Shown here: one piece after another, positions 11,804 through 23,127 of the stretch | Layout: each line of letters starts with the position of its first letter | Position numbering within the stretch: position 1 is the first letter of the stretch | NCBI GenBank assembly: GCA_026025075.1 | Contig: JAPEUI010000002.1 | Location: 1-64,000, forward strand | Length of the DNA: 64,000 nucleotides | Direction of reading: 5' to 3' | Source of the DNA: Vezdaea acicularis | Taxonomy: Eukaryota | The notes under the pieces: generated by a model | The model's database searches: none | Told to the model about the DNA's origin: nothing | The model's input: only the letters and a program-made list of their open reading frames with translations | Made by a program: the position numbers and the translations under genes

Positions 11804-14660
11804 ATGCAGTCCCGTAGGATGATATCTGGTATCCCGCACCGAAGCGGTAGCGGGTCGTCCCGTAGCGACGATCCGTTCGATACGGACCCTGAAACAGGGT
11901 CTGTGAACAGTGGCGGCGGCAAGGAAGTCATCTCGACCCGCAGATCGCATATCAACGAGATGGATGGGGAAATCGTGACTCGCCGGGACCATGGATTCCA
12001 ACATACCAAGGACTTGATATACGAGGAAATAGCGAACAATCAATTCCCCCTCGAGCAATCAGAGTCAATCATCAGAAAGCTGCAAAAGAGAGCCGACGAG
12101 AAAGTGAGACAGACTTATGTTGATGGACGCCCTATAACCGAGGTTGACGAGAATGCGATTGTCCTCCATGTCGGCTTGACCTTCATGGCAGGAGCAGGCA
12201 AGTAGACCAAGGCATTCAACCACTTTCTTTACCGCTAACAATCCCTAAGATGCGCCACAAGTGAATCGCGTGGAGCAGATTGGAATGGCGAACGAAAGGC
12301 CTGATCAGAAAGAGGCGAACTGGAGGGTCCTGACTGCTGGTTCTTTACTCAACGAATTCAAGGTGGACACGGACTTGTCCATCGTGATGACAGACCAGAC
12401 GCCTAAAGTTATCGAGAAAGCGCGCCGGCGAAAGAGAATTTCCACGTTTGCGAGTGAACACCACCGTGGACCTTCAAATGTCTTAACCAAAGTCAACAAG
12501 GAGGATCGCACTGTCACCATCGACAGCGAGTTGGTCGATATAGTCTCTGATCTCACGACTGGCCAATGGGATATTGAAAGTACCTTGATCGAGGTTGACG
12601 GGTCAAGTTTGACGAATTTGATTGTCAATTATAAACATCTCATCTACCGCGACGGCCCGGCATTGACCTTTGGAGAGAATAACAAACTTCTCGAGACTAT
12701 GATTGAGGGTTTGTTATCCCTGAAATGACTTATTTAGTACCAATTTTTAACATTGTGTAACAGACACGCGTAGATTATGTGCTCGGAGCCCCATTCTGTT
12801 CAGAATGTCAACAAGGGTCCACATCATCAAATCGACAAATACTCGATATGGAATTGACCACGGTATGATGTTCCAGACTCTCACAACTAGTAAAGGTATC
12901 AAGGAGATCATCTCTCTCAGCGCCTCCTACTTCAATTCGCTAGATGCCTATAAAGGGGTCGACCATGCCAGATCCCAGAAGCTTTTGAAGCCCCGCTTCC
13001 TGCAAATGATCACTCTCCTCTTATCTCTCCTTAATGACGACGATCTGAACGATATCGGGGAGTTCCTTGAAACAACCTATAATCTGAGAGCGGAAAGACA
13101 ACACGTGGAACTTCTCATCTTGAAAGTTCTTCCAATGATGTCGATCAACTCGAAGATCTTCATCAAGGCTATGGTAACAGCGTTTGAGGGCTTTCAGATC
13201 GCCAAAAAGATCAATCTCTCTGAACCTTCTCAGCATAGGCAAATTTGGGACGCCTTTCTGAACAGAATTCTGGTGCAAGGATACTTCTTGGCAGGGGATG
13301 TCACCCAACTCGGGCGTTCGAAAATGTCGTGGGCTGTCAAGTGGCCTGAAGACGGGTTCAAATCTTCAAGCGACGTGTTCAAGAACCTGCAATATAACGG
13401 CGGTCAGAAAGATTCGGGGGGAGCCAATGACATGGCCCGGGCAATGAATGAGGTATTGATTCGTCCAACCCCGCCAAAAAACTAGGAGAATACCTTGCTG
13501 ACGGTCATAAGATCCCGCCTATTGTGTTGCATCTCGAAACCTCACTTAACGAAGTAGCGGTTACTCTTAACAACGGAGAAAGGTTCCAGATCAGTCCCTT
13601 GGACTTGGAGAAGGTAACCTGCATGGTACAAGGTCTGTACAGCGTTGTCGAGGCCAGACCCGGCGGCCGCACGTTCGACCTCGAAATTTCTGAATTAAGG
13701 GTCAATTCGACCTTGTACGACGCAATTCGAACCGTCAATCAAGTGATCCGTGCCATAAACTCCTATATCGCCGGGCCGCGCAAGAAGAGCGTCTTTGGCA
13801 AACTACGCGGCGATAAAGAAGAAATGGCCTTCAAAGAAGTCAAAGGGTCTGGACGGCTGACCGTCAACGAAGCAACCCTGAACAGCACGCTCCTTGCCAT
13901 AACGTACAAAGTGAACGGCCAGCGCATCACCAAACGTGACCTAATTCGCCACATGACATCCGATATTAACGTGCTGAACTCAGTCGTTTCTGAGCTCGAG
14001 TCTCAAGTCTCGGAATTCAATTTCCGCCGACCGACCGGCTTCGGCTTTGAAGCCAAAGAGCGTATCTACGAGCTCAGGCAGGCGCTTGCGACAGTCAAGG
14101 GTCTCATCGGCCAGGCGCGTAGTAGCAAGCTAAAGGTAGACCGCGACTACCAGGAACTGAAGGATGAGCCTATCGAGAAGGTGTTCTTTCCCCAGGGAGA
14201 CGAGCGGCTGGCGAGGAATGATATCTGGTACGATTACCACACGTGGCTAAGTGGCGATCTCCTATATATCGACGCACGGCGTTTCTATGTCGCCGAAGTC
14301 GCTTGGCTCTCGAATGAGATTATCGAGCTCAAATTTCAGACCTCGCCGCCAACAACAGTAGATCCTCATGACCCGAACGCGCCAGTGAGCCCGCCGCCGC
14401 AAAGCCCGGGACTGAAGTTGATTGTTACACCGCTCCAGCCGGTAGAGGAAGGCGAAAGGGAAGATGAAGTGCGGCCGAAAGATGGGGTTTTGCTTGTTGG
14501 CCAATACGTGATTGTACTCGAACCCTGGGATACGCAGAGCAAGGGCGAGACGATGGCTAATTGCCTGCGTATCATCGGCGTCGAAGAGGCGACGAAGACG
14601 AGGCGTGGGATGAATCGTCGTGGGCAGGAGAGTACATTCATGCGGTCGGCTATCTGCTGA
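11804..14660 (+). CDS. Large uncharacterised protein (~896 aa; 5' end uncertain). Exons 11804..12197, 12250..12708, 12764..13452, 13512..14660
   Basis: Four consecutive ORFs join in frame through introns GCAAGT..CTAAC..AAG (52 nt), GTTTGT..CAG (55 nt) and GTATTG..CTGAC..AAG (59 nt). Globular-protein composition; no family recognised. Confidence 0.8.
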
Positions 14661-15803
14661 TACATCTCCGTCATGAATATGTTTTGTGCTCATGTATCCT
14701 TTGACTTTAGGAATATACCAATCTGTTTTATCTTCGTCATTGAACCCCTTGCTGAGCATGTTTCTCTGAATAGCTGTGAGGAGCTGGTGGTCGCAGCCCA
14801 TCCGGCCACGCATCACTGATCTAATGACTCACCAAGCTTCGGAAGCTAAAAGTTGTCATTCATGTTACAGAAATACCCATTCCATAAAGAAGTTGGTGCG
14901 GGGATGATGAAGCAAGCTCCGGCTCTCCACGCTTCTGAAAAAAGCTATGACCGCTTAGGGGTCTGTTCCTGGTTTCAGGATGTACCTTACTACCACAAGC
15001 CATTGCGTGGAACAAGAATAAGATTGCCGATGCTTGGCCCGTATACTACAGTAAGCAATCAGCGATCAGAGACAAGGGCTTACATGTCTCGCTAAGAATC
15101 AACAGGGGCTGAAATGGGCTATTTCTCGGAGTGTGAAGCCGACGCACATCCAGGGCATCTAAAGCTTTGCTTCACTGTTCTCTGGAGACTTCACCTTTCT
15201 TATTCTCCCAATAGTCTCTACGTGCTCCTACCTATGAGAATGAGTAAGAAGTTAAGCCCATCTCGAGGCGTAGATAAGGCGGATTCTGCAAGCCTTGTGA
15301 GGTGGATAGAAGCTCTGAGCGCTTCCATCCAGTCTCCTTCTCCTATCGTTATTTCATTACAAGCACGCAAACTACCAAACGCCGAAGACACGAAAGCAAC
15401 CTCGAAAGCTCATTGGGCAATTCGTGGTCTGTACCACATCTCGCCATGGATGACATACCGAGCTCTCGGCCTATACTCCATACCAGCAGCAGCCGGCGGC
15501 ATTTCGGTGGCGATGCGGCAATTAAACCATGGATGCTTGGCATGAGGATCGACGAATATGCTGCCCTAGGCGCGGCCTAAAAACGCGAAGCTTAAACCGC
15601 GCCTTCCGAATGGCAGAATAAAGCACCAGACAAAGATCTGTGAAGTGGCTGACCTCAAACCCCGGGAGCTCTTTGCTTCGGGTCATGTCATGTCGCAAGG
15701 CGTCCAATCCTTGAAAAGGTGTACTATCAAGCCGCCGTCGCCAATGTCGAGATTTCTGTGTGGACTGTCTGAATAATTGAGGCGGCTTGCGATCTATTCT
15801 ACA

Positions 15804-17006
15804 ATGTTCGGGCCAGGACCCTTACTTCGAGGATACGTCTTCGGGTGTCTTGTAACGCTCGTCGTTGCGCCAGCCGGACATACTGAGACGGCTTTGGACG
15901 CGGCAATTCGCCATGGGTTGCTGAACAATCTTGTCACAACGGGAGATTCGATCAGTCGACACGTGAGTCAGAGTAACCCACGCATGACATTTGGCCAGGT
16001 CGGGCCCTTCTGTCACGACGACAGGTGAGCGCCGCCGTCCCACTCAAGCACACAATGATACTGACACCCAGGAGGCCGAGCCGGAACATATACATGCAGG
16101 AGATCATTCGGGAGGGCTTCGAATGGCCGGAACAACGTCCGATTGAGAACTACAACTCGGTCTACTCCCTGTGTGTGAACACCAAGGATGAATTACATGC
16201 TCCCCCGGGTCTGGGGTGCGAGTGTCTGGAAAAGAACACCTCGCCCATGGTAAGGTGTAGAGATGTAAATCGAGCGGATCCTATCCTGGCGGTGAACCCG
16301 GTACTTATCGGGTTTTGCGAAGCCGCGTGCTATTGCAGGATATGGGCTCCGCGGCGCTCGGACGCGCCGGACGAGGGCGGAATATACTTGACACCGGGGA
16401 GGAGTGAGTTTGTTGAATTATTATGATACCGTCTCCGTCTGAGCTTACCCCGTGTCTAGATCCGTATGAGCATTGGGATGGGAGGGGAGATTGGCACGTG
16501 ATGTGAGTATCTGCTCGCTGGGCATGGCTTGATACGAGCAATCCACTAAGAGATCCGCCAGCTGGTACGACGATGGCCGCGAGCCCCTCAAGTTCCGAAA
16601 GCCAGCTGTTCACGTACTCAACCCCATCGCGCCGAGACGGCCCAAACCAGGCAAGAAGGAGGGACGGAATCGAGCCATTGTGGGGAAGCCTTGCACGGAC
16701 AAGCAAGACTGCGGCAGTACGTACGAGTGTCAGGCGTATGGAGAGACGTTCGATCCGGTGAAGCAGGTGCGAGAGTTTGTGGCTTTCTGTGGCGGCGAGG
16801 GAGCGCGGTTGGCTGGTGTGAGCGCGGCCTCTTCGGGGGGAGGGAGGTTGAAGAGGTCGATTGGCGTTGGTGACTATGGCTTGACGACGAATGCGTGTGC
16901 GTGCAATGCAACGTACGTTTCGGAAGCTTGTTGTGGGGCTGGCTTGCCTGGAGTGGTGTGGGAAGATCCGGCGATGAAGCTGGGAGAATTGAAACGAAGG
17001 AGATGA
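15804..17006 (+). CDS. Secreted Cys-rich protein A (~346 aa). Exons 15804..16024, 16072..16403, 16460..16502, 16562..17006
   Basis: Hydrophobic N-terminus. Three GTGAG-initiated introns give a continuous 1041-nt frame. Clear paralogy to the gene at 22096-23127 (GFxWPExRPIxNYxSxxSLC..APPGLGCxC; CxCNxTYxSxxCC..GVVWExPxxKLGE). The intron 3 acceptor is inferred. Confidence 0.75.
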
Positions 17007-17533
17007 GTGTAAGGGGACTGGTGGTTTGTCTTTTAGAAAATAGAAGACATATCCACCTGATCAGGCCGTGGAATGACCGCCTACGCTAGCGACGATCACG
17101 CTTCGCATTGAAGGACTGGCACCATAAGGGTCTTTCGTCGTTGACTTTCATTCGTAACATCAACCAACAGCCATTATCTTCGGCATGTTAAATTTGCTTT
17201 GAGGATAGGGTCGGCCAGCTTTGACGATTATATTGGTGAACCTCTTGTCAAAATTATCATATCCAATTTTGATTGAGTCCAAACCTATCCACCGGGGGAT
17301 AAGAATAATATCAATCCCTAGAATGCCTCGCTCAAACAAATGCAATCCCACAAAAAGATAATGAGGCAGCACCCCAACACTTCCTCTCCCAACTCTAGAT
17401 CTTTTGTCCTCTTTCAGATTCAAAGATCTGCCAGATGTGGCCCTTCCACGAGGGCACTCGAATCAAAGAAAGATGATAGGCGATCTCCTCAAGCCAATTG
17501 AAAAAAGCAGCCAACGCAAAGGTGTGTTCCTCC

Positions 17534-18325
17534 CTATAACAGCTCTCCAGACACTCGACCTATGTGCGATGCAAAATTCCAAGGGGGCAGATCTTTGGGT
17601 TGAGAACCACGTATTCTACTGAGTGACCTGTCCAGTGCCGCATTTGACGTCTGTGTCGGGTTTCCGCCATAGGGATGCCTCCTTCGCGAGTTTTCCAAAG
17701 CTGAGTCTTGAGAGGCGCCTACGGTTACGGGTCGTATCCTTCGACCCATTTTAGGCAGTCTAATCGGCCTATACACTTTGCAGTAGCAATTCAGTTGACA
17801 TGCCCATTCCAGCGCTACTGGCTGCATAGTAAGGTCGTTGTTTGCACCGCAAATCACTTCGGGTGAGACGAGGGGGTGTTTGCAGCGACAGCCTGCACCA
17901 CTGTCACCCCGAATTGGCGCGCAAATATCTTGTAATAGCGACTCGGGTTCGGATACGACTCTGGTCCTGTCTGTAATCGATGTTTGCCCATGATGTAATG
18001 CAGCTGGGACATTTAGTCGACCTGGACAGTAGACTCGAGTGTCTGGTACGTCTGAATATTCCCACCAGGGCATTTCTTCCGGGTTGCCAAGTAATGGAAA
18101 ATCTTCACGAGCATCCCAATCGTCTTCGTTGATAGTACGAATGCTTAAATGCGACAAGGTCTGCGTAGAACTTCGAGGTTCGTGCGATGCCCTCCCCACT
18201 ATAGGGCTGCTGCCCATATTGGGGGTTCTCTTCTGTTCCAGATTCGTGATTGCAATGCACTGGGAAACCGTCAGGAAAGTATTAGCAACCCAGGCGAGCT
18301 TGAGTATAGCGGAGAAGAAATACAT
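17534..18325 (-). CDS. Secreted Cys-rich protein B (263 aa), divergent paralog with only the N-terminal Cys domain
   Basis: Signal-peptide-like start MYFFSAILKLAWVANTFLTVSQCIA. Cys pattern CPG..C..GCRC..C..CxxxCYC as in genes A and C. Confidence 0.7.
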   Translation of the reverse strand: MYFFSAILKLAWVANTFLTVSQCIAITNLEQKRTPNMGSSPIVGRASHEPRSSTQTLSHLSIRTINEDDWDAREDFPLLGNPEEMPWWEYSDVPDTRVYCPGRLNVPAALHHGQTSITDRTRVVSEPESLLQDICAPIRGDSGAGCRCKHPLVSPEVICGANNDLTMQPVALEWACQLNCYCKVYRPIRLPKMGRRIRPVTVGASQDSALENSRRRHPYGGNPTQTSNAALDRSLSRIRGSQPKDLPPWNFASHIGRVSGELL

Positions 18326-18727
18326 GCTTGCCCACCTAGGGCAAGTTAAACGAAACGACTCTTAAAACCTTCGAGAAGCACGAGGGAATCCCCGGTATTT
18401 TATCTAATATACGCTTCATGTGCATTCCGTCTGACGTGAGATCCTTAGCTTGCGGCTGGACTCTCCAAGCACTCCTCGTATACGGATCTAGCGATCAGTT
18501 TACAATTACCGCCTAATGATTCAGCCCGCTTAAGGGATCCTGGATTAGGAGATGCTCAATACGACTGGAAAGTCCCGCGCTTAGACTCCAGAGCGTACCG
18601 TACGCGACTGTGCCATGCTGCGAAACGCAAGGCTTATGAGCGATATCTATAGGGCTCTTGCCACGCTTGTTGCTAGGAGCTTGAATGCGGCCGAAAGCTG
18701 CTCGAGTGTTCATGGATTCTCGGGTTT

Positions 18728-19459
18728 TTACCTCATCACAGGCGGTCGACTCTCCTTGTTCCACTTTACCCTAGAACAGAGCCATTCGACTGCCTCTCGG
18801 ACCCCAGTACCTGTCAAAGCACTAACGGGCAGTACTCTGCTATCCCTGACTCGCCCGCCACGTTCACCTTCAAAAACCTTTCGGACTAGGCCTTCTTTGA
18901 CCCTGACAACCTCAACACAATCCTCTCGATCTTGCTTGTTGGCTAGTATTAGTAAAGGAACACCCTCTGCGTCTGAATGCTGGAGTACGTCTTCCAAGAC
19001 AAGACGACACTCGTCAAGCCTACCAACGTCCGCAGGTGGATTTGGAGATGATAACGCCGAAATGTCAGCATCTCCCACGTCGGAACTATCAATTACGAAC
19101 ACAATAGCATGACACGAGGCGTAATAGCTCTGCCACAGCTTTCGAAGCGAATGCTGACCGCCAACGTCCCAGATTTTCAAATAGAGTTCGGGTAAGTTGA
19201 TTGTTGAGACGTTTTGACCAACGGTGGGCACCGTCTTGGAGAGATCCACGTGGGATTGCGTAGACGAGAAGATTGACTTGATCTGTGTGTGAAGGGTTGT
19301 CTTGCCTGCGTTATCAAGACCTAGTAGGAGGATCGAGTATTCTACAGAATGTCAGTTAACTGGCTTTGCGGCGTATAGCAATTAGCTTGTCTGCAACTCT
19401 AGCGCCCTACCTTCTTTACTAGTGGCGTATAAATATATCCCTTTCATGAGATGATACAT
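18728..19459 (-). CDS. ARL3: Arf-like GTPase ARFRP1/yeast Arl3. Exons 19459..19411, 19341..18728
   Basis: MYHLMKGIYLYATSKEEYSILLLGLDNAGKTT, PTVGQN, WDVGGQ, ANKQD and SAL. No Gly2 myristoylation site, as is typical of ARFRP1. A 69-nt intron is in frame. Confidence 0.95.
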
Positions 19460-19738
19460 CTTTGCTCCCAGTGTAACGGGAAACTTGCGCGGAAATATCT
19501 GGACAAGCAGAATGTAGATCTGTTAGAAGTGTGATCGGAAGCTTAACGGAAAGATTGGTGGATGATTTAGGAGCCTCAAGGTTCGAGATTAGATTAGATC
19601 TCTATCCTTGCCATGCTTTGCGACACGCCTTGCCTGTTCAGGTAAAATGCTTCGCGTCGCCTCTTCAACCAGGAATAACACCTCACACCGAGCATCATCT
19701 TGGAATGAAGCACTTGTGATAGTAAACTGGAGACTATT

Positions 19739-21412
19739 ATGGCGCCCATTGAGCCTGATACTTCGAACTCAAACGTTTTACCACTCGCACTCTTTGCCCT
19801 AGATATTGTCTCTGTTGGTGGCATCATAACCCTAGTAGGACGCGTTCTTTACCGGGCATATAAATATCTTCCCCCATCGCAGGCGGTCCGTATTCGTGAA
19901 TCGAATCGGAGAAAGCATGTGCAAATATTCTTATCACTGGCAGCTATCAGTCTAGGTGTAGCGTGGTACCATGCCTTAAACACAGCGATCATTTCCTATG
20001 ACGCATGGGCAACGTCTAGAGGCGTCACGCTCCCGAATGCCCTTTTTGGGGAAGGTGGAGCCTTGGGTAACGGAGAGAATAACATTGAGCTGCAGTTGGG
20101 ATGGTGGTTCCGCGATACTTCATTGATACAGGACGCGGCAGAAATTGCGATAGAAAGCAGCCGGCGTTTCTGGTGGACGCAACAAACAGTTCTTAGTGCC
20201 TCAGCATGGGCAGTATTTATTGGTGCGGAAGGTATATTATAATACTTCTAATTCTCATGTTCTAGTTGCTGATAAGGTTGGTTAGGCCACCGCCGAAATA
20301 TTCCTCACCTTTGGGCTTTTGTCCTCCTAGGGCAAATGGTCTCGATATCATTCACCCAGAACCTCTTTTGTCTTGCGGTGCTGCTGACTCCAGTCCCACT
20401 TTCTAACGAGGGATCCCATCACATTGTAAATTATGTTGATTCTACAGCAAAGGTCACACCGTCCAAAGCATTGAGATTCAGCTCCGATACGCGGGGAGGC
20501 TTGTCGCGCTTCGAGCGCATACGAAACTGTATCAAAACATATTTCGCTCCAAAGCCCTTACTTTGGACACCTCACCCCTTACTCCATCTTGTTCCACTTA
20601 CCATCACCTTTGTGTGCGTCTTCCTTCTGCCGTTCGTAGTCGGAAGCTCGTTCCTCATGCCGCTCCTATCTATCCCGTATTTGCACTGCTATCTCCATGT
20701 ATTGATACCCTGGATCATCCCTACGGGTTGGGGACAATCCTATGCTTCATCAAAGAATGCACAAAGAACCTACTCGCAGCTCTTCAAGTTCATAGCTATA
20801 ATGTCGCTTTTACTTCATCTTAAAGCAACCGTTGTTGCCTTATTGGACAACACTCCTGAGAGCTATCGGCACCGACATAGCATCCTTTTCTTCAAGCGCG
20901 ATGAGCAGCGGTCTGCCCTCCAGCGTGGTTCCACCGCGGTCAGTAAAGTGTTTGGAGCGATTAACGACCACCCAGCAGTAGCCTACGCTGGGTGGGACGT
21001 TTTGCTCTGTGGAGTGACCGCGATCATATGGGCCACAGTTCGAGGGCTCGATGCACAGGCAATGCTAGAAGTATGCGTGCCCTTTTACAGACGGAGGTTG
21101 AACGAAAAAAATGGCGATTCTGTTGCAAATGGAGCCAAGCCACGCAGACACAGCCAAATTAAAGGCTCTAGCAAGAGCAGTAGTACATATACACCTGTTA
21201 AGCGGAAGCCACCTAAGTCGAATGCTACAGGCTCAGAAGACGACTTCATACCTCAAGACACCGAAGAGGAGACCACAGATCTTTCGATAGAAGGGGAGGA
21301 AGACGTGAAAGAAGACCCAGAAGCTGGAGCGTTGGCCTGGGGTTTGACTGCTCTAGGAGGTCTAGGCGCTGGAAGCGCTAGCGTATGGGGTGCAGAGGTA
21401 TCTGGCCGATAG
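19739..21412 (+). CDS. Fungal multi-pass membrane protein of unknown function. Exons 19739..20231, 20286..21412
   Basis: Several hydrophobic segments; a 54-nt GT-AG intron joins the ORFs in frame (..GAEG|HRRNIPHLWAF..). Divergent from ARL3 across 279 bp. Confidence 0.8.
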
Positions 21413-22095
21413 GATGAGATCCACTCACGGATGTAATTACGAATAAATGCATCGTGTGAAAGGGCAAAGTCTCGACTTCCAGCACCGATTTACTAAGCCT
21501 TGATTAATTTCCTGGAAGACTACATATGGCGACTTCTACACACCCTGTCTCCCGGCGGATGATTTTCAAGGGGACCAAGCACCATTTGTTTTCAAGTGAC
21601 CGTTTTCTGCTAAGACTTTGAGAGGAGACAGATCTGGTGTCACTTATGTCGTGGAGGGAGATTATTTTGAATGACGAGAGATAAACCATATCGTGGGATA
21701 TCATGCACCAGATAAGGGCCAACTCATACGACGAAGTCTCTTCTATATTGAGAAGGGCTCCTCACGCAATGGTAGGTAGCCCAGCCAACAAGGGCTTCCC
21801 ATGCCATAACAGCCCGCTCATGTGACAGAGAAGTCGCTCAAACGACGAGGAGTCCTCCTGTGTAACAAAAGGCGCCTTCCCCGATTATCATAATCTATCT
21901 AACTTGAGGCTTAAGGCGTTTTCTCAGAAATCGGTTGAGATGCAGGAGTCAGAACCATACAAAGTTCTCTATTACCCGACCCCTGTTAGGGCTGAGCCCG
22001 CGCGGTCATATAAGAATGATCTACAGAACACCATGTGTGCAGTACAAGAACCAACTCCTTGCAATGCACCTCCAAGAATGCGTCTGAACACTGCT

Positions 22096-23127
22096 CTACC
22101 ATGAGCCTTCGATCATCTCGCCCAATTTCAGTTCCGGCCTCTCCCACACCACCCCCCCTACACCAACGTCGCAACACTTTCGACTTATGTAGGTGCCATT
22201 GCACGGACACGCCTGTTCCACTAACGGTGCCTGATCCCTCTTTCCAAGGAAACTTTGCGACGCACAAATCCCACTAAAAAACCTCATTCTACTCAACGGA
22301 TCGACCCTCTCCCCCTTCAACTCACAGCCGCAGCCATCTCCACAGCCCTCCTTGCAGCTTCCCGACCCGCACATGCCCCTCAGCTCCTTTTCCCTCTTCC
22401 TCTCATATAGCTTCCATGCTGACCTCGACCTTGCATTTCCGCCACCCCACCCGGATTGCCTTCCAGCGCCCTCCTCGATAGCCAACAACCCATCTGCGGC
22501 ACTGCCAAATAATCCGTTACTCATCCAGTCACTACGAGTCCTCCCCAGCGTTCCACTCCACCCTCTACTCCGCGAGCGCGCCAGCACCGCCAATCCTCTC
22601 GGCAGATTATCCTCTTCCTCCTTTTCCGGCTCCAGCAAGCACGAGCATTGGGTCTCGCAGAAGGGTCGTAGACTGGTCGCGTATAGCGCCGGATCGGCCG
22701 TGTCGCGGTCGCATTCGACTTTGCTGCTCCGGCCAGGGCTAGCGCACCTGCAGCCTAAGCCCGGCGGAGCTGTGCTGCGAGTCGGGTAGCAGAGACTGAA
22801 CAGCGAGTCGTAATTCGTAATGGGCCGCGACTCGGGCCAGCTGAAGCCGTCATCAAGAATAGCGGGTGGTGTGCCCGGGCACGTAATCATGAACTTCCCG
22901 CCGAGCGGAGAGGTGGAGGTGAGTTGACTAGAGGCGAGAGTGGTGGAGTCGGAGGCGTCGGAGGAGCCAGCGGAGTCACTACTGAGGCTTGGGTTGTCGT
23001 CGTCGAAGTCGAAGAGGAGATTGTCGTCAAAATCAAAGGGAGTGGTGGGGGGATTGGTTGGGGAGGTGCGAGCTAGGTCCAGTAGGAAGAGTAGGAGGAA
23101 CGAGATGACGAGCATAAGCCTCACCAT
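22096..23127 (-). CDS. Secreted Cys-rich protein C (343 aa), intronless
   Basis: Strong signal peptide MVRLMLVISFLLLFLLDLART-SP, an acidic/Ser pro-region, a Cys domain, and KR before the C-terminal CPCNGTYISRKCC module. Paralog of gene A. Confidence 0.85.
   Translation of the reverse strand: MVRLMLVISFLLLFLLDLARTSPTNPPTTPFDFDDNLLFDFDDDNPSLSSDSAGSSDASDSTTLASSQLTSTSPLGGKFMITCPGTPPAILDDGFSWPESRPITNYDSLFSLCYPTRSTAPPGLGCRCASPGRSSKVECDRDTADPALYATSLRPFCETQCSCLLEPEKEEEDNLPRGLAVLARSRSRGWSGTLGRTRSDWMSNGLFGSAADGLLAIEEGAGRQSGWGGGNARSRSAWKLYERKREKELRGMCGSGSCKEGCGDGCGCELKGERVDPLSRMRFFSGICASQSFLGKRDQAPLVEQACPCNGTYISRKCCDVGVGGVVWERPELKLGEMIEGSW

Noticed and set aside
14853..15580. Short ORFs of 80-143 aa between the orphan gene and Cys-rich gene A
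   Set aside because: No motif, no supporting splice signals and random-looking composition.
17160..17423. 87-aa minus-strand ORF as an extra exon of Cys-rich gene B
   Set aside because: No acceptable donor near the end of gene B and no family C-terminal Cys module.
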